Of a stretch of 64,000 nucleotides of DNA, positions 19,361-30,020 are shown one piece after another (within the stretch, counting starts at the first letter, position 1; every line of letters begins with the position of its first letter). The notes beneath the pieces are model-generated. The model was not told where the DNA came from. It made no database searches and saw nothing but the letters and a program-made list of their open reading frames with translations. The stretch lies in the NCBI GenBank assembly GCA_963771175.1, contig CAVYSY010000011.1:145032-209031 (forward strand). The letters are read 5' to 3'. The translations under genes and the position numbers were made by a program. The DNA comes from an uncultured delta proteobacterium. GTDB lineage: Bacteria; Myxococcota; Myxococcia; Myxococcales; Myxococcaceae.

Positions 19361-21512
19361 CCCCATGCTGCAGAGCCTCGTCGCCGGTTTCTCGGGCGAG
19401 GCGCAGGAAGTCTGTCAGAAGGTCACCCTGGACCTGCTCGAGCTGGAGCGGGAGGGGATCGATAACGAAGCGTTGGCGAAGGTGTACACCCGCCTCGCGC
19501 GCCACCTGCACACCCTCAAGGGCAGTGCGGCCAGCCTCGGGTTGCAGGACCTGAGCTCCATCGCCCACAAGCTGGAAGATGCCCTCGCGCCGCTGCGCAA
19601 GGACATCACGCCCATGCCGCGGTCCATGGTGGACATGCTGCTGCACGGGTTGGACCTGTTCCTGCTGCGTGCCCAGGCGCACGCCGAGGGGCGAGGGGAG
19701 TCGCTGCCGGATCCGACGGCCGCCCTGGCCCAGCTCGTGGCGGAAGCGCCGGCCCCGGAGGAGGCCGCTGGCGCTGATCACTCCGCCGAGGCCGCTGCGG
19801 CCCACGCGCCCGCGAAGGCCGCGCCCGCCGCCGCTCCGTCGCAGTCCGCGGTGTCCCTGGCGGACGACTCCGACGTGGACGCGGGCTGGCGCGTGGCCGC
19901 GCACCAGGTGACGGCGCTCATGCGCGAGGTGGAGCGCATGCGCGAGTTCCGCATGCGCCTGGAGGACCGGCTCCGCGACCTCGCCAAGGCCGTGGAGCTG
20001 CTGTCGGCCCGCGAGCTGCTGGCTCCTACGGCCCGGGCCCGCGCGGTCCTGGCGTCCGTGAACGCCGGCGTGCGCTCGGACGGTCATGAGGCCTCGGACA
20101 TCGTGGACAGCCTCGAGGAGGGCCTCAAGTCCATCACCACGCGCCCGGTGCGCACCATCCTCGAGCCGCTGCAGCGCATGGTGCGCGACCTGTCGCGCCA
20201 GCTCGGCAAGCAGGCCCGGCTCTCCGTGGTGGGCGCCGAGGTGTCGCTGGACCGCCGCCTGTTGGAGAAGCTCAAGGGCGCCATGGTGCACCTGCTGCGC
20301 AACGCGGCGGACCACGGGATTGAAATGCCCGACGAGCGCGAGCGCGCCGGCAAGCACCACGAGGGGGCCCTCACCCTGCGCGTGGAGCAGCAGGGCAACA
20401 TCCTCATGATGGAGCTGAGCGACGACGGGCGCGGCATCGACGTGGCGCAGGTGCGCGCGTCGGCCGAGCGCAAGGGGCTCATCACCGTCGACGAGGGCGC
20501 GCGGATGCACGAGGCGCAGCTGCGCGACCTCATCTTCCGCCCCGGCTTCAGCACCCGCACGGACGTCACCGACACCTCGGGCCGCGGCGTGGGCCTGGAC
20601 GCGGTGCGCTCCTCGGTGGAGTCCATGCAGGGCCGCATCGAGGTGGTGAGCACCAAGGGGTCGGGCACCCGCTTCATGATGACGATCCCCATGGAGCTCG
20701 GCAGCTCGCCGGTGCTCACGGTGCGCGCCATCGACACGGCGGTGGGCCTGCCCATGCTGGCGGTGGAGTCCACCCAGCTGGCCTCCAAGGACAACCTGCG
20801 CATCGGCCGCGCGAAGACGCAGCTCGACTACAACGGCCAGCTCGTGCCGGTGGTGGACCTGGGGGCCCGCCTGGGCCTGCGCGCCTCGGCGCCTCCCTCC
20901 GAGGGCCAGCCGCTCATCATCGTCCAGAGCGGTGGCAGGCGCATGGCGCTCGCGGTGGACGCGGTGGTGGGTGACCGCGACCTCGTCATCCGTCCGCTGC
21001 CCGCCGAGGTGCGGGACGTGCCCGCCTATCAGGGCGCGGCCATCCTCAGCCGCGGCGAGCTGCTGCTCATCCTGCGCCCCGGCTGGGTGGTGACCGAGGC
21101 CACTCCGGCCGCCGTCGCCATGCCTCAGAGCCGCAGGGCCCTGGTGGTGGACGACTCGCTCACTGCCCGCGCGCTGCACCGCGCCATGCTGGAGGCCGGT
21201 GGCTTCACCGTGCACCTGGCCGCCAGCGGCGCCCGCGCCCTGGAGCGGTTGCGGACGGAGACCTACGACGTGATCATCTGCGACCTGGAGATGGAGGAGA
21301 TGAACGGAACCGAGCTCATCGCGAAGCTGCGCACGCAGCCGGATACGAGCAACGTCCCGGTCATCCTCGTCTCCGCCAACGACAGTGCGGGTGCGCGTGC
21401 TCGGGGTCTGTCCGCGGGCGCGGACGGCTACCTCAGCAAGCGTGAGTGCGCCGCCGGCCGTCTGCTCACCGAGGTGCTCGACGTGATGAGCCGGAGGGGG
21501 GCACGGGCATGA
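19350..21512 (+). CDS. cheA: Hybrid chemotaxis histidine kinase CheA with C-terminal receiver
   Basis: Hpt HTLKGSA; HLLRNAADHGIE, DDGRGID, IFRPGFST, SGRGVGLD; CheW domain; C-terminal LVVDDS receiver. Confidence 0.95.
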   Translation: MPVDPMLQSLVAGFSGEAQEVCQKVTLDLLELEREGIDNEALAKVYTRLARHLHTLKGSAASLGLQDLSSIAHKLEDALAPLRKDITPMPRSMVDMLLHGLDLFLLRAQAHAEGRGESLPDPTAALAQLVAEAPAPEEAAGADHSAEAAAAHAPAKAAPAAAPSQSAVSLADDSDVDAGWRVAAHQVTALMREVERMREFRMRLEDRLRDLAKAVELLSARELLAPTARARAVLASVNAGVRSDGHEASDIVDSLEEGLKSITTRPVRTILEPLQRMVRDLSRQLGKQARLSVVGAEVSLDRRLLEKLKGAMVHLLRNAADHGIEMPDERERAGKHHEGALTLRVEQQGNILMMELSDDGRGIDVAQVRASAERKGLITVDEGARMHEAQLRDLIFRPGFSTRTDVTDTSGRGVGLDAVRSSVESMQGRIEVVSTKGSGTRFMMTIPMELGSSPVLTVRAIDTAVGLPMLAVESTQLASKDNLRIGRAKTQLDYNGQLVPVVDLGARLGLRASAPPSEGQPLIIVQSGGRRMALAVDAVVGDRDLVIRPLPAEVRDVPAYQGAAILSRGELLLILRPGWVVTEATPAAVAMPQSRRALVVDDSLTARALHRAMLEAGGFTVHLAASGARALERLRTETYDVIICDLEMEEMNGTELIAKLRTQPDTSNVPVILVSANDSAGARARGLSAGADGYLSKRECAAGRLLTEVLDVMSRRGARA

Positions 21513-22579
21513 GCAGCGAGAAGGCTCCCATCCGCGTGCTGGTGGTGGACGACTCGCCCACCATGGCGGACGCCGTCAGCGCGCTGCTGACGGACGATCC
21601 GCGCATCGAGGTGGTGGGGCGAGCCAATACCGGCAGTCGGGCGGTGACGCTGGCGCGCCTGCTGCGCCCGGACGTCATCACCATGGACCTGCTGATGCCG
21701 GACCTGGACGGCCCGGCGGCCATCGCGGCCATCATGGCGGAGGCGCCCGCGCGCATCCTCGTGGTGAGCGCCGTGGCGGATCAGCGCAATCTGGAGGTCT
21801 GCTTCCAAGCGATGAGCGCGGGAGCGCTGGAGCTCATCGGCAAGCCCACCGTCTCCAGTGGCGAGGAGCTGCGCCGCTGGGGCCGGCAGCTCGCCGAGTC
21901 GGTGTGCCTGATGGCGGAGGTGCCGGTCATCTCCCGCCGGCTGCGCATCGCCACGCCGCCGCCGCCCGCCACCGGGGCCCGGGTCGACATCTTCGGCCTG
22001 GCGGCCTCCACCGGTGGCCCGCCCGCGCTGTCCGAGGTGCTCTCGCGCCTGCCAGGGGACCTGCCCGTTCCCATCGTCATCGCGCAGCACATCACCGAGG
22101 GCTTCACCCCGGGTATGGTGCGCTGGCTGTCTCAGGTGACGCCCCTGAAGGTGGCCATCGCCCGCGAGGGCGAGCGGCTGGAGCCGGGCCGGGTGTACTT
22201 CCCGCTGGACGGGCATGACATGACGGTGGAGGGCAACGGGGTGGTGCGGCTGACGCGCACGCGCGGGGGGCCGTGTCCCTCGGGGGACCTGTTGCTGACC
22301 TCGCTGGGACGCACCTACGGCAGCCGCGCCGGGGGCGGCGTGCTCACCGGCATGGGCGAGGACGGGGCGCGCGGCCTGCTGGACATCAAGAAGGCCGGCG
22401 GCGTCACCTTCGCCCAGGACGAGGCCACCTCCGTCGTCTTCGGCATGCCCCGAGTGGCCATCGAGCTGAAGGCTTCCGACCGGGGAGTGCCCCTGTCCGC
22501 CATTCCCGACATCATTCGCGTGAGCTGCCGCCGCGGCCCCACGCCCAACCGCCCTGCCGGTTCGGAGGGCATCGCTTGA
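21509..22579 (+). CDS. cheB: Chemotaxis methylesterase (REC + CheB)
   Basis: VLVVDDS; catalytic AASTGGP, AQHI, LTGMGEDGA; QDEATSVVFGMP. Confidence 0.95.
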   Translation: MSSEKAPIRVLVVDDSPTMADAVSALLTDDPRIEVVGRANTGSRAVTLARLLRPDVITMDLLMPDLDGPAAIAAIMAEAPARILVVSAVADQRNLEVCFQAMSAGALELIGKPTVSSGEELRRWGRQLAESVCLMAEVPVISRRLRIATPPPPATGARVDIFGLAASTGGPPALSEVLSRLPGDLPVPIVIAQHITEGFTPGMVRWLSQVTPLKVAIAREGERLEPGRVYFPLDGHDMTVEGNGVVRLTRTRGGPCPSGDLLLTSLGRTYGSRAGGGVLTGMGEDGARGLLDIKKAGGVTFAQDEATSVVFGMPRVAIELKASDRGVPLSAIPDIIRVSCRRGPTPNRPAGSEGIA

Positions 22580-22638
22580 ACCATTTTCCGTGCAAGGCCG
22601 CTGGCGCTGGCCTCGACACTTCCCGCTGAGGAGCTTCC

Positions 22639-24234
22639 GTGAGCCCCAACGCCAATTCGAATCAGTCCTTGGGTATTGGCCCCAAGTTCATCCTCGTCAT
22701 GGCGGTCGTCAGTGTCGCCATCGCGCTCCTGCTCAGCGCGGTCGCCGCTCAGCGACTGGAAAGCAACCTGCTCGAGAGCACCGTGAGCGAGGGCAAGTCG
22801 CTTGCCCTCGGCTTCTCGGCGGCCGCCGAGCGGGTCTCCTCCGACGGTGCCACCTCGCTCCAGCCCCTGCTGGAGCAGTTCCGCGACGCCGAGGGCGTGC
22901 GCTACCTCTACGTGGTGGACGGTGCCAACAACGTGCTCGCCCACACCTTCTCGGGCGAGTTCCCCAAGGCGCTGCTCGAGGCCAACACCGTGAAGCCCGG
23001 TGATCTCACCAGCGGCCAGCAGGTGAAGGTCCGCGAGTCGGTGGAGGTGACGGTCGACGGCAAGCGGGTGAGCGCCGTGGACGTGGCCGCGCCCCTGTCC
23101 GGCGGTCTGCGCGGTGTGCTGCACGTGGGCCTCAAGGCCGAGCGCATCAGTGGCCAGGTGGGCCGACTGTGGCTCACCATGATGCTGCTGGGCCTGCTCA
23201 TCGTTTCGGCCGGGATCGCCGCAGTGTCCTTCCTCAGTCGCTCCATCGTGAGGCCGCTGCGCGAGCTGACGGACGCGGCCGCCCACATCGTCGAGTCCGG
23301 CGACCTCACCCGCCCCATCCAGGTGCAGGGTGGTTCCGAGGTGGGCCAGCTCGCCCACTTCTTCGCGCAGATGGTGGAGCGGCAGCGCACGGTGGTTCAG
23401 AACCTCCAGCAGGCCGCCGAGGCCCTCAACGCCTCCACCGAGCAGCTCAACAGCTCCGCCGCCGATCAGTCGCAGACCGTCTCCCGCCAGGCCTCCGCGC
23501 TCCAGGAGACGCAGGTGACGGCGCAGGAGATCCGCCAGACGAGCCTCCTGGCCGCCCAGAAGGCCGACTCGGTGCTCTCCGTGGCCGAGCACGCCGAGGA
23601 GCTGGGCCGCGCCGGCGAGGCCGCCCTGGAGCAGACGCTCACCGGCCTCAACGACATCCGCACCCAGGTGCAGGAGATCGCCCAGAAGATTCTGGAGCTG
23701 GGCGAGCGCACGGTGCAGATCGGCAGCATCACCCAGACGGTGAAGGACCTGGCCGACCAGTCCAACATGCTGGCGCTCAACGCCGCCATCGAGGCGGTGC
23801 GCTCGGGCGAGCACGGCAAGGGCTTCGGCGTGGTGGCCCGTGAAATCCGCGCCCTGGCCGACCAGTCCATCGAGTCCACGGACCGCGTGCGCGAGCTGCT
23901 GGACGATATCGGCAACTCGGTGGGCATGGCCGTGCGCATCACCGAGCGCGGCTCGCAGCGCATGGAGGCGGGCCTGGAGCAGGTGCGCACCTACGGCAAG
24001 AACCTGCGCGAGCTGTCCGGCATCATCCAGGACAACGCCTCCGCCGTGCGGCAGATCGCCGCCGCCGTGGGCCAGCAGAACGTGGGCATCAACCAGATCA
24101 CCACCGCCGTGAGCGACCTGTCCAAGATGATGGACGAGACCGTCTCCCGCATCGGTGCCACGGGTGAGGCCGCTACCACGCTGCAGATCATCGCCGACCA
24201 GCTCAGCAGCGCGGTGAAGAGCTACCGCGTCTAG
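22639..24234 (+). CDS. Methyl-accepting chemotaxis protein (2 TM, extracytoplasmic sensor, HAMP)
   Basis: Two TM segments; LADQSNMLALNAAIEAVRSGEHGKGFGVVAREIRALA. Confidence 0.95.
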   Translation: MSPNANSNQSLGIGPKFILVMAVVSVAIALLLSAVAAQRLESNLLESTVSEGKSLALGFSAAAERVSSDGATSLQPLLEQFRDAEGVRYLYVVDGANNVLAHTFSGEFPKALLEANTVKPGDLTSGQQVKVRESVEVTVDGKRVSAVDVAAPLSGGLRGVLHVGLKAERISGQVGRLWLTMMLLGLLIVSAGIAAVSFLSRSIVRPLRELTDAAAHIVESGDLTRPIQVQGGSEVGQLAHFFAQMVERQRTVVQNLQQAAEALNASTEQLNSSAADQSQTVSRQASALQETQVTAQEIRQTSLLAAQKADSVLSVAEHAEELGRAGEAALEQTLTGLNDIRTQVQEIAQKILELGERTVQIGSITQTVKDLADQSNMLALNAAIEAVRSGEHGKGFGVVAREIRALADQSIESTDRVRELLDDIGNSVGMAVRITERGSQRMEAGLEQVRTYGKNLRELSGIIQDNASAVRQIAAAVGQQNVGINQITTAVSDLSKMMDETVSRIGATGEAATTLQIIADQLSSAVKSYRV

Positions 24235-24258
24235 TCGCACTCGAGCGGCGGATGCACG

Positions 24259-24296
24259 AAGGGCCAGGGGAGGGGAGACCCTCCGACCTGGCCCTT
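24259..24296. terminator. Hairpin between convergent MCP and clpA
   Basis: AAGGGCCAGG-GGAGGG-gaga-CCCTCC-ga-CCTGGCCCTT; U-tract weak. Confidence 0.55.
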
Positions 24297-24321
24297 GGTG
24301 TTTCTACGTTCCGACCTGGCG

Positions 24322-26636
24322 CTACGCCGCGGGAGCGGACTCCGGGGTGGTGACGGTCTTGAGCTTCAGGCCGTCGCCCTCCACGTCGAAGCGCGCGGTG
24401 CCGCCGTTCTTCAGCTCGCCGAAGAGCAGCGCCTCGGCCAGCGGCTTCTTGAGCGCAGTTGTCCACCAGCCGCGCCATGGGCCGCGCGCCGAAGGCCGGG
24501 TCGTAGCCGTGCTCGGCCAGCCACGCCGCGCGCCGCCGGCGTCAGCTCCAGCTTCACGCGCTTCTCGTCCAGCATCTTCTGGAGCAGCCCCACTTCCTTG
24601 TCCACCACCTTGAGGATGACCTCGGGCGGCAGGCCGGAGAAGAGGACCCACCCGTCCAGGCGGTTGCGGAACTCGGGCGTGAAGGTGCGCTCGATGGCCT
24701 TCTTCGCGCGCGCGCGCGTCCGCCGGGGCGCTGCTTGTCGCCGAAGCCGATGCGACTTGGTGCTCATCTCCCGCGCGCCCGCGTTGGTGGTGAGGATGAG
24801 GATGATGTTGCGGAAGTCCGCCTTGCGGCCGTTGTTGTCCGTCAGCGTCGCGTGGTCCATCACCTGGAGGAGGATGTTGAAGAGGTCCGGGTGGGCCTTC
24901 TCAATCTCGTCCAGCACCAGCACCGCGTAGGGGTGCTTGCGGATGGCGTCGGTGAGCAGCCCGCCCTGGTCGAAGCCCACGTAGCCCGGAGGCGCGCCGA
25001 TGAGCCGGCTCACCGTGTGCTTCTCCGAGTACTCGCTCATGTCGAAGCGCAGGAACTCCACGCCCAGCACCGTGCGCGAGCTGCTTGGCCAGCTCCGTCT
25101 TGCCCACGCCCGTGGGGCCCGAGAAGAGGAAGGAGCCGATGGGCTTCTCCGGCGCGCGCAGGCCCGCAGCGCGCCAGCTTGATGGCGTCCACCAGCTCGC
25201 TTGATGGCCGGGTCCTGCCCGAAGATGACCGTGTTGAGCTCGGGCTCCAGGTTCTTGAGCTGCACGCCCTCGCTGGCGGACACGCTCTTGGCCGGGATCT
25301 TCGCCATCTTCGCGATGACGCTCTCCACGTCCGCCACCGTCACCAGCCGGTGCGCTTGCCCTCGGGCTTGAGCCGCTCGGCCGCGCCCGTCTCGTCGATG
25401 ACGTCGATGGCCTTGTCCGGCAGGAAGCGGTCGTTGATGTGCTTGGCGCACAGCTCCGCCGCCGCCCGGAGGGCCTCCGTCTGCGTACTTCACCCCGTGG
25501 TGCTCCTCGTAGCGGCTCTTGAGCCCCTCGAGGATGAGGATGGTGTCCTCCACGGTCGGCTCGCCCACTTCGATCTTCTGGAAGCGGCGCGACAGCGCCC
25601 GGTCCTGCTCGAAGGACGCCTTGAACTCCTGGTACGTCGTCGAGCCGATGCAGCGCAGCCGGCCGCTGGCCAGCGCGGGCTTGAGCAGGTTGGACGCATC
25701 CATGGAGCCGCCGCTGGTGGCCCCGGCGCCGACGATGGTGTGGATTTCGTCGATGAAGAGGATGGCGTCCGGGTGCTCCTGCAGCGCCTTGAGCACGCCC
25801 TTGAGCCGCTCCTCGAACTGGCCGCGGAACTTGGTGCCCGCCAGCAGCGCGCCCATGTCCAGCGAGAAGATGACCGCGTTCTTCAACGCCTCGGGCACCT
25901 TGCCCTCGTGGATGTGGAGCGCGAGGCCCTCGGCGATGGCCGTCTTGCCCACGCCCGTCTCGCCCACGTAGAGCGGGTTGTTCTTCCGGCGCCGGCAGAG
26001 CACCTGGATGGTGCGCTCCAGCTCCTGCTCGCGCCCGATGAGCGGGTCGATCCGGCCCTGCTTCGCCTCCTCGTTGAGGTTGGTGGTGTAGGCCTCCAGC
26101 GGGCTTTTGCGCGGGCTGCCCTCACCTTCCTCGTCGTCACCCGCGGGCACGCTGCCCCGGGGCGCGCTCTCGCCCTCGCCCTCTCCGGACTCGTCCTTGG
26201 AGATGCCGTGGGAGATGTAGTTGAGCAGGTCCAACCGGGTGACGCCCTCCTGCTGCAGCAGGTAGAGGGCGTGGCTCTCCTCCTCGCGGAACAGGGCCAC
26301 GAGGATGTCCCCGCCGTCGATGAGCTTCTGGTCGGCGGACAGGGCGTGCATGGCGGCGCGGTGGAGGACCCGCTCCACGCCGATGGTTTGCTGCGGCTCG
26401 GCCTCCACCCCCTCGGGCAGACGCTCGACGGTCTCCTCCAGGAAGCCCTCCAGTCGTTCCTGCAGCCGCTTGACGTTGGCCCCGCAGCCCTTGAGCACTT
26501 CCCGGGTGCGCGGGTCCTTGGTGAGCGCGAGCAGGAGGTGCTCGAGCGTCAGGTATTCGTGACGCATCCGGTGCGCCTCCTCCAGCGCGTTCCGGAAGCT
26601 GGCCTGCAACTCCTTGGCGATCAGCGGTCCTGCCAC
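24322..26636 (-). CDS. clpA: ATP-dependent Clp protease ATPase subunit ClpA (multiple apparent frameshifts between 24450 and 25490)
   Basis: [28 protein letters not shown], second Walker [36 protein letters not shown] start 26636; directly downstream of clpS. Confidence 0.95.
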
Positions 26637-26640
26637 GGTT

Positions 26641-26967
26641 TCAACCTTCCTCTGGTTCCATCGAGAGGCGCAGCGGGAAGCCATTCTCCCGCGCCGCCGC
26701 CTCCACGGTCCTGACCTTCGTCTCGGCGACCTCGAATGTATAAACGCCTGCGACGCCGATGCCGTTGTAATGGACGTGCAGCATGATCTGCACGGCATCC
26801 GCCTCGGATTTGTGGAAGACCTCCTTGAGGACGGCCACCACGAACTCCCGAGTCGTGTAGTTGTCGTTGTGCAGGAGCACCTTGTAGAGCGTGGGCCGCT
26901 TCAGCTTCTTCTGCGGCACCGTCTCCGTCGCGACGTTCGAATCCGGGTCGTACTTCTCTCGGGACAT
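26641..26967 (-). CDS. clpS: Clp protease adaptor ClpS
   Basis: YKVLLHNDNYTTREFVV...MLHVHYNG...GFPLR. Confidence 0.95.
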   Translation of the reverse strand: MSREKYDPDSNVATETVPQKKLKRPTLYKVLLHNDNYTTREFVVAVLKEVFHKSEADAVQIMLHVHYNGIGVAGVYTFEVAETKVRTVEAAARENGFPLRLSMEPEEG

Positions 26968-26976
26968 GTTCTCCCT

Positions 26977-28155
26977 CTAACGAGTAGGGGGCACCAACGG
27001 CCCCCGCTTGAAACCTGTTTCGGCACGCCACTGGGGCAGGCCAGCCAACACGGCCGCCCGCTCGTGCTCCAGGAAGGAGCGTACCGCTCGATCGACCCCG
27101 GGGTGGAAGAGCAAGTGAGCGCTCCATGTGAGGCTCGGCTCGAAACCCCGGGTGAGCTTGTGCTCCCCGCCCGCGCCCGGCTCGAAGCGCTCCAGCCCGC
27201 GCGCGATGGCGTCGCGCACCGGGTGGTAGAGGCAGACGTTGAAGTGCAGGAAGGGGTGCTCCTCGAAGCAGCCCCAATAACGGCCGTACAGCACGCGCGG
27301 ACCCACCAGGTTGACGGCCCCTGCCACCAGACGGCCCTCCCGGCGGGCCTCCACCCACTCGCAGGAGTCGCGGAAGGTGGACAGCATGCGCGCGAAGAAG
27401 TCCGGGGTGAGGAGGCGCCGGCCCCATGGGTACTTGTCCACCGTGGAGGCGTAGATGCGGTGGAGCTCGCCCGGGTCCACCTCGGCCAGCGCCTCGCCGC
27501 GCAGGGTGCGCAGGGTGATGCCCTGGGCGGCCGGAGCGCGCAGTTCCCGGCGGAGCTGGTTGCGCCGTTTGGCGTGGAAGCGGGCGAGGAAGTCCTCGAA
27601 GGAGCCGTAGCCGGCGTTGTGCCACTGATACTGCACGCCCAGGCGCATCGCGAAGCCGGCGGCCTCCAGCGCGGGTGTTTCCTCCTCGGTGGCGAAGTGG
27701 ACGTGGACGCTGGAGATGCCCTCGGCGCGGGCGTACTCCAGGGCGCCGCGGGCGAGCTCCACCTCCCGGGCGGCCCGGTCCTCGCCGGGGGCCACCAGGA
27801 GGCGCCGGCCGGTGACGGGGGTGAAGGGCACGGCCAGGAGCAGCTTCGGGTAGTAGCACACGCCGAGGCGCTCGGAGGCGGTGGCCCAGGACCAGTCGGA
27901 GACGAACTCGCCGTGGCTGTCGTCCTTGAGGTACGCCGGCGCCGCGGCCACCAGGCGGGAGCCCCGCCACAGGGTGAGGTGGCGCGGGTGCCAGCCGGCG
28001 GGGGCCCCCACGCTGCCGCTCTCCTCCAGTGCCGCCAGGAAGGCCCACTCGGAGAAGGGCCGGGCCGCGTCGTCGAGCAGCGCGTCCCAGGCTCCCCGGG
28101 GGACCTCGGTGATGGCGCGATGGATGCGCAGGGTGGATGGCAGCGGGTCGGACAT
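26977..28155 (-). CDS. GNAT/FemAB-like protein (DUF482-type)
   Basis: SHGEFVSDWSWA, YYPKLLLAVPFTPVTG, LYGRYWG, LHFNVCLY, FEPGAGGEHKLTRGF. Confidence 0.85.
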   Translation of the reverse strand: MSDPLPSTLRIHRAITEVPRGAWDALLDDAARPFSEWAFLAALEESGSVGAPAGWHPRHLTLWRGSRLVAAAPAYLKDDSHGEFVSDWSWATASERLGVCYYPKLLLAVPFTPVTGRRLLVAPGEDRAAREVELARGALEYARAEGISSVHVHFATEEETPALEAAGFAMRLGVQYQWHNAGYGSFEDFLARFHAKRRNQLRRELRAPAAQGITLRTLRGEALAEVDPGELHRIYASTVDKYPWGRRLLTPDFFARMLSTFRDSCEWVEARREGRLVAGAVNLVGPRVLYGRYWGCFEEHPFLHFNVCLYHPVRDAIARGLERFEPGAGGEHKLTRGFEPSLTWSAHLLFHPGVDRAVRSFLEHERAAVLAGLPQWRAETGFKRGPLVPPTR

Positions 28156-28220
28156 CGTCGGCGGGCGGAGCCTATAACGAGCAGCTCCCGGGCCCGCCAA
28201 CCCGCTCGGTCTCCGACAGT

Positions 28221-28661
28221 CTAGCGACCGCGGGTGAGCTCGGCGGCCAGGAAGCGGCCCACCTCGGCCAGTCCCAACTGTGCTCGCTGCCGGCCCTCGG
28301 GCGACTCCATCACCCGGCGCGCGGCCTCGCTGGCGGTGCCGACCTCCAGGTCCGCCAGCACCAGGAAGGCGCTCCACGCGGGCGTCAGCTCCGCCACGCG
28401 CCCGGGACGCTGGGGCCGGTCCTTCAGCGTGGTGGCCACCTTCTCCACCAGCCCCTCGTCATCGAGCCGCTTGGACTTGCCGCGCATGGCCGTCCACGCC
28501 TCTTCCAGGAGCGAGGTCAGCAGCCGGCCCTGGAGGGCCTGCGAGAGGCGCTGCGCGGCCTCCTCCTCGTCGATGTTGTGGGCGCGCGCGTAGGTGGGCG
28601 TCAGCTTCGCCACCACCACCGAGCGCGTGGCGAGGTGTCCCAGTCGGGGAGGGTAGGCCAT
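28221..28661 (-). CDS. Hypothetical protein
   Basis: 146-aa ORF with genome-typical codon use, co-oriented and tightly packed with its neighbours. Confidence 0.7.
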   Translation of the reverse strand: MAYPPRLGHLATRSVVVAKLTPTYARAHNIDEEEAAQRLSQALQGRLLTSLLEEAWTAMRGKSKRLDDEGLVEKVATTLKDRPQRPGRVAELTPAWSAFLVLADLEVGTASEAARRVMESPEGRQRAQLGLAEVGRFLAAELTRGR

Positions 28662-28677
28662 GGGCTCCTTCTACCAG

Positions 28678-29250
28678 TTACCAGCGCACGAGGAGGCGGA
28701 AGCCCAGGTGCGAGCGCTCTTCCACGGTGATGATGGGCTGCACGTGGGCCCGCTCCAGCGCCACCTCCAGCGCGCCGGCGATGAACTCCGGGCGGTTGTG
28801 CATGTCCGGAATGGAGATGCGCCGGGCCCGCTCGCCCTGGGGGATGAGCTGCACGTCCAGGTCCGGCCGGCCCATCATTGACAGGTAGCGCGGCAGCCGC
28901 TCCACCACCCGTGCGGCGCCGATCATGGGCAGCGCCACGGCGGCCACCCGGCCCACCAGCGTGTCGGTGAAGCCCTCGGTCAGCTTGCGGCCGAGGGTGC
29001 GATAGGCGTCCGCGTCGTCCAGCTCGGCGTAGGCGAGGTCCCTCGCCAGGGCCACGCACCGCTTCCACACCTGCACGGGGTAGTCGACCTCGGGGCACTT
29101 CGGCTCGTAGCCCTCGGCCCGCAGTGCTTGCATGAGCTGGCTGTTGGGCTCCAGGCCTCGCACGAACAGGCCCTCGAACACACTCGAGGGGATGCGCGGC
29201 TGCGCTGTCGTGAGGGGGGTCCTTTGCACCACCAGACTCGGGCTTTCCAT
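28678..29250 (-). CDS. Myxobacterial DUF2378-family protein
   Basis: VFEGLF...YPVQVW...AYRTLGRKLTEGFTDTLVGRV pattern typical of this family. Confidence 0.75.
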   Translation of the reverse strand: MESPSLVVQRTPLTTAQPRIPSSVFEGLFVRGLEPNSQLMQALRAEGYEPKCPEVDYPVQVWKRCVALARDLAYAELDDADAYRTLGRKLTEGFTDTLVGRVAAVALPMIGAARVVERLPRYLSMMGRPDLDVQLIPQGERARRISIPDMHNRPEFIAGALEVALERAHVQPIITVEERSHLGFRLLVRW

Positions 29251-29436
29251 GGGACATCTCCCCCGGCTGGGAGTCCAGCCGTTTTCACAGCTTAGCATGT
29301 TCCACCAGCCAATCAGTAAAGTCAGGTAAGAATCTGATTGTCCGATAGAGCATTCCAGGGGGAGCGCTTCCCCGCACCTCCGGGTTGCCAGGGGAGGGCG
29401 GGCGGCTTAGAGGAAGGGGCACAGGAGAGATTTCGA

Positions 29437-29997
29437 ATGTCGGTGAACATCCAGCTCGAGTGGACGCCCAACCCCAGCACGCTGAAGTACGTGGTGGATC
29501 GGCGGCTGTTGTCGTCGGGAGCGGTGAACATCACGAGCAAGCAGGCCGCGGAGGAGAAGTCCCCGCTGGCGGTCAAGCTCATGGGCATCAAGGGCGTGAC
29601 GGCGGTGATGGTGGGCAGCAACTTCGTCACCGTCACCAAGGGGGACGAGGGCGAGTGGGACGAGCTGAACGACGCGGTGATGGCCACGCTGGACGAGCAC
29701 CTGGGCGCGGACCTGCCGGCGGTGAACGAGGAGGCCCTCGCGGCGTCGCGCGCGGCGACGGGTGCCAGCGGCTCGGTGGAGACGCGCATCCAGGACATCC
29801 TGGACGCGGAGATCCGCCCGGCGGTGGCGCAGGATGGCGGTGACATCACCCTGGACCGCTTCGAGGACGGCATCGTCTACCTGCACATGAAGGGCGCGTG
29901 CGCGGGCTGCCCCTCTTCCACGGCGACCCTGAAGATGGGCATTGAGTCGCGCCTGCGCGAGCTCATCCCCGAGGTCACCGAAGTGGTGTCCGTCTGA
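29437..29997 (+). CDS. NifU/Nfu-type Fe-S cluster carrier protein
   Basis: N-terminal EWTPNPSTLKY; C-terminal IRPAVAQDGGDI...GACAGCPSSTATLKMGIE. Confidence 0.93.
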   Translation: MSVNIQLEWTPNPSTLKYVVDRRLLSSGAVNITSKQAAEEKSPLAVKLMGIKGVTAVMVGSNFVTVTKGDEGEWDELNDAVMATLDEHLGADLPAVNEEALAASRAATGASGSVETRIQDILDAEIRPAVAQDGGDITLDRFEDGIVYLHMKGACAGCPSSTATLKMGIESRLRELIPEVTEVVSV

Positions 29998-30020
29998 GGC
30001 GGCAGGTCAAGGGCAAGCAG

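Noticed and set aside
24322..25490. Programmed frameshifting or a true pseudogene in clpA (likewise sucB)
   Set aside because: Too many scattered indels, no slippery-site pattern, and conserved residues are retained in each piece; sequencing error is the simpler explanation.
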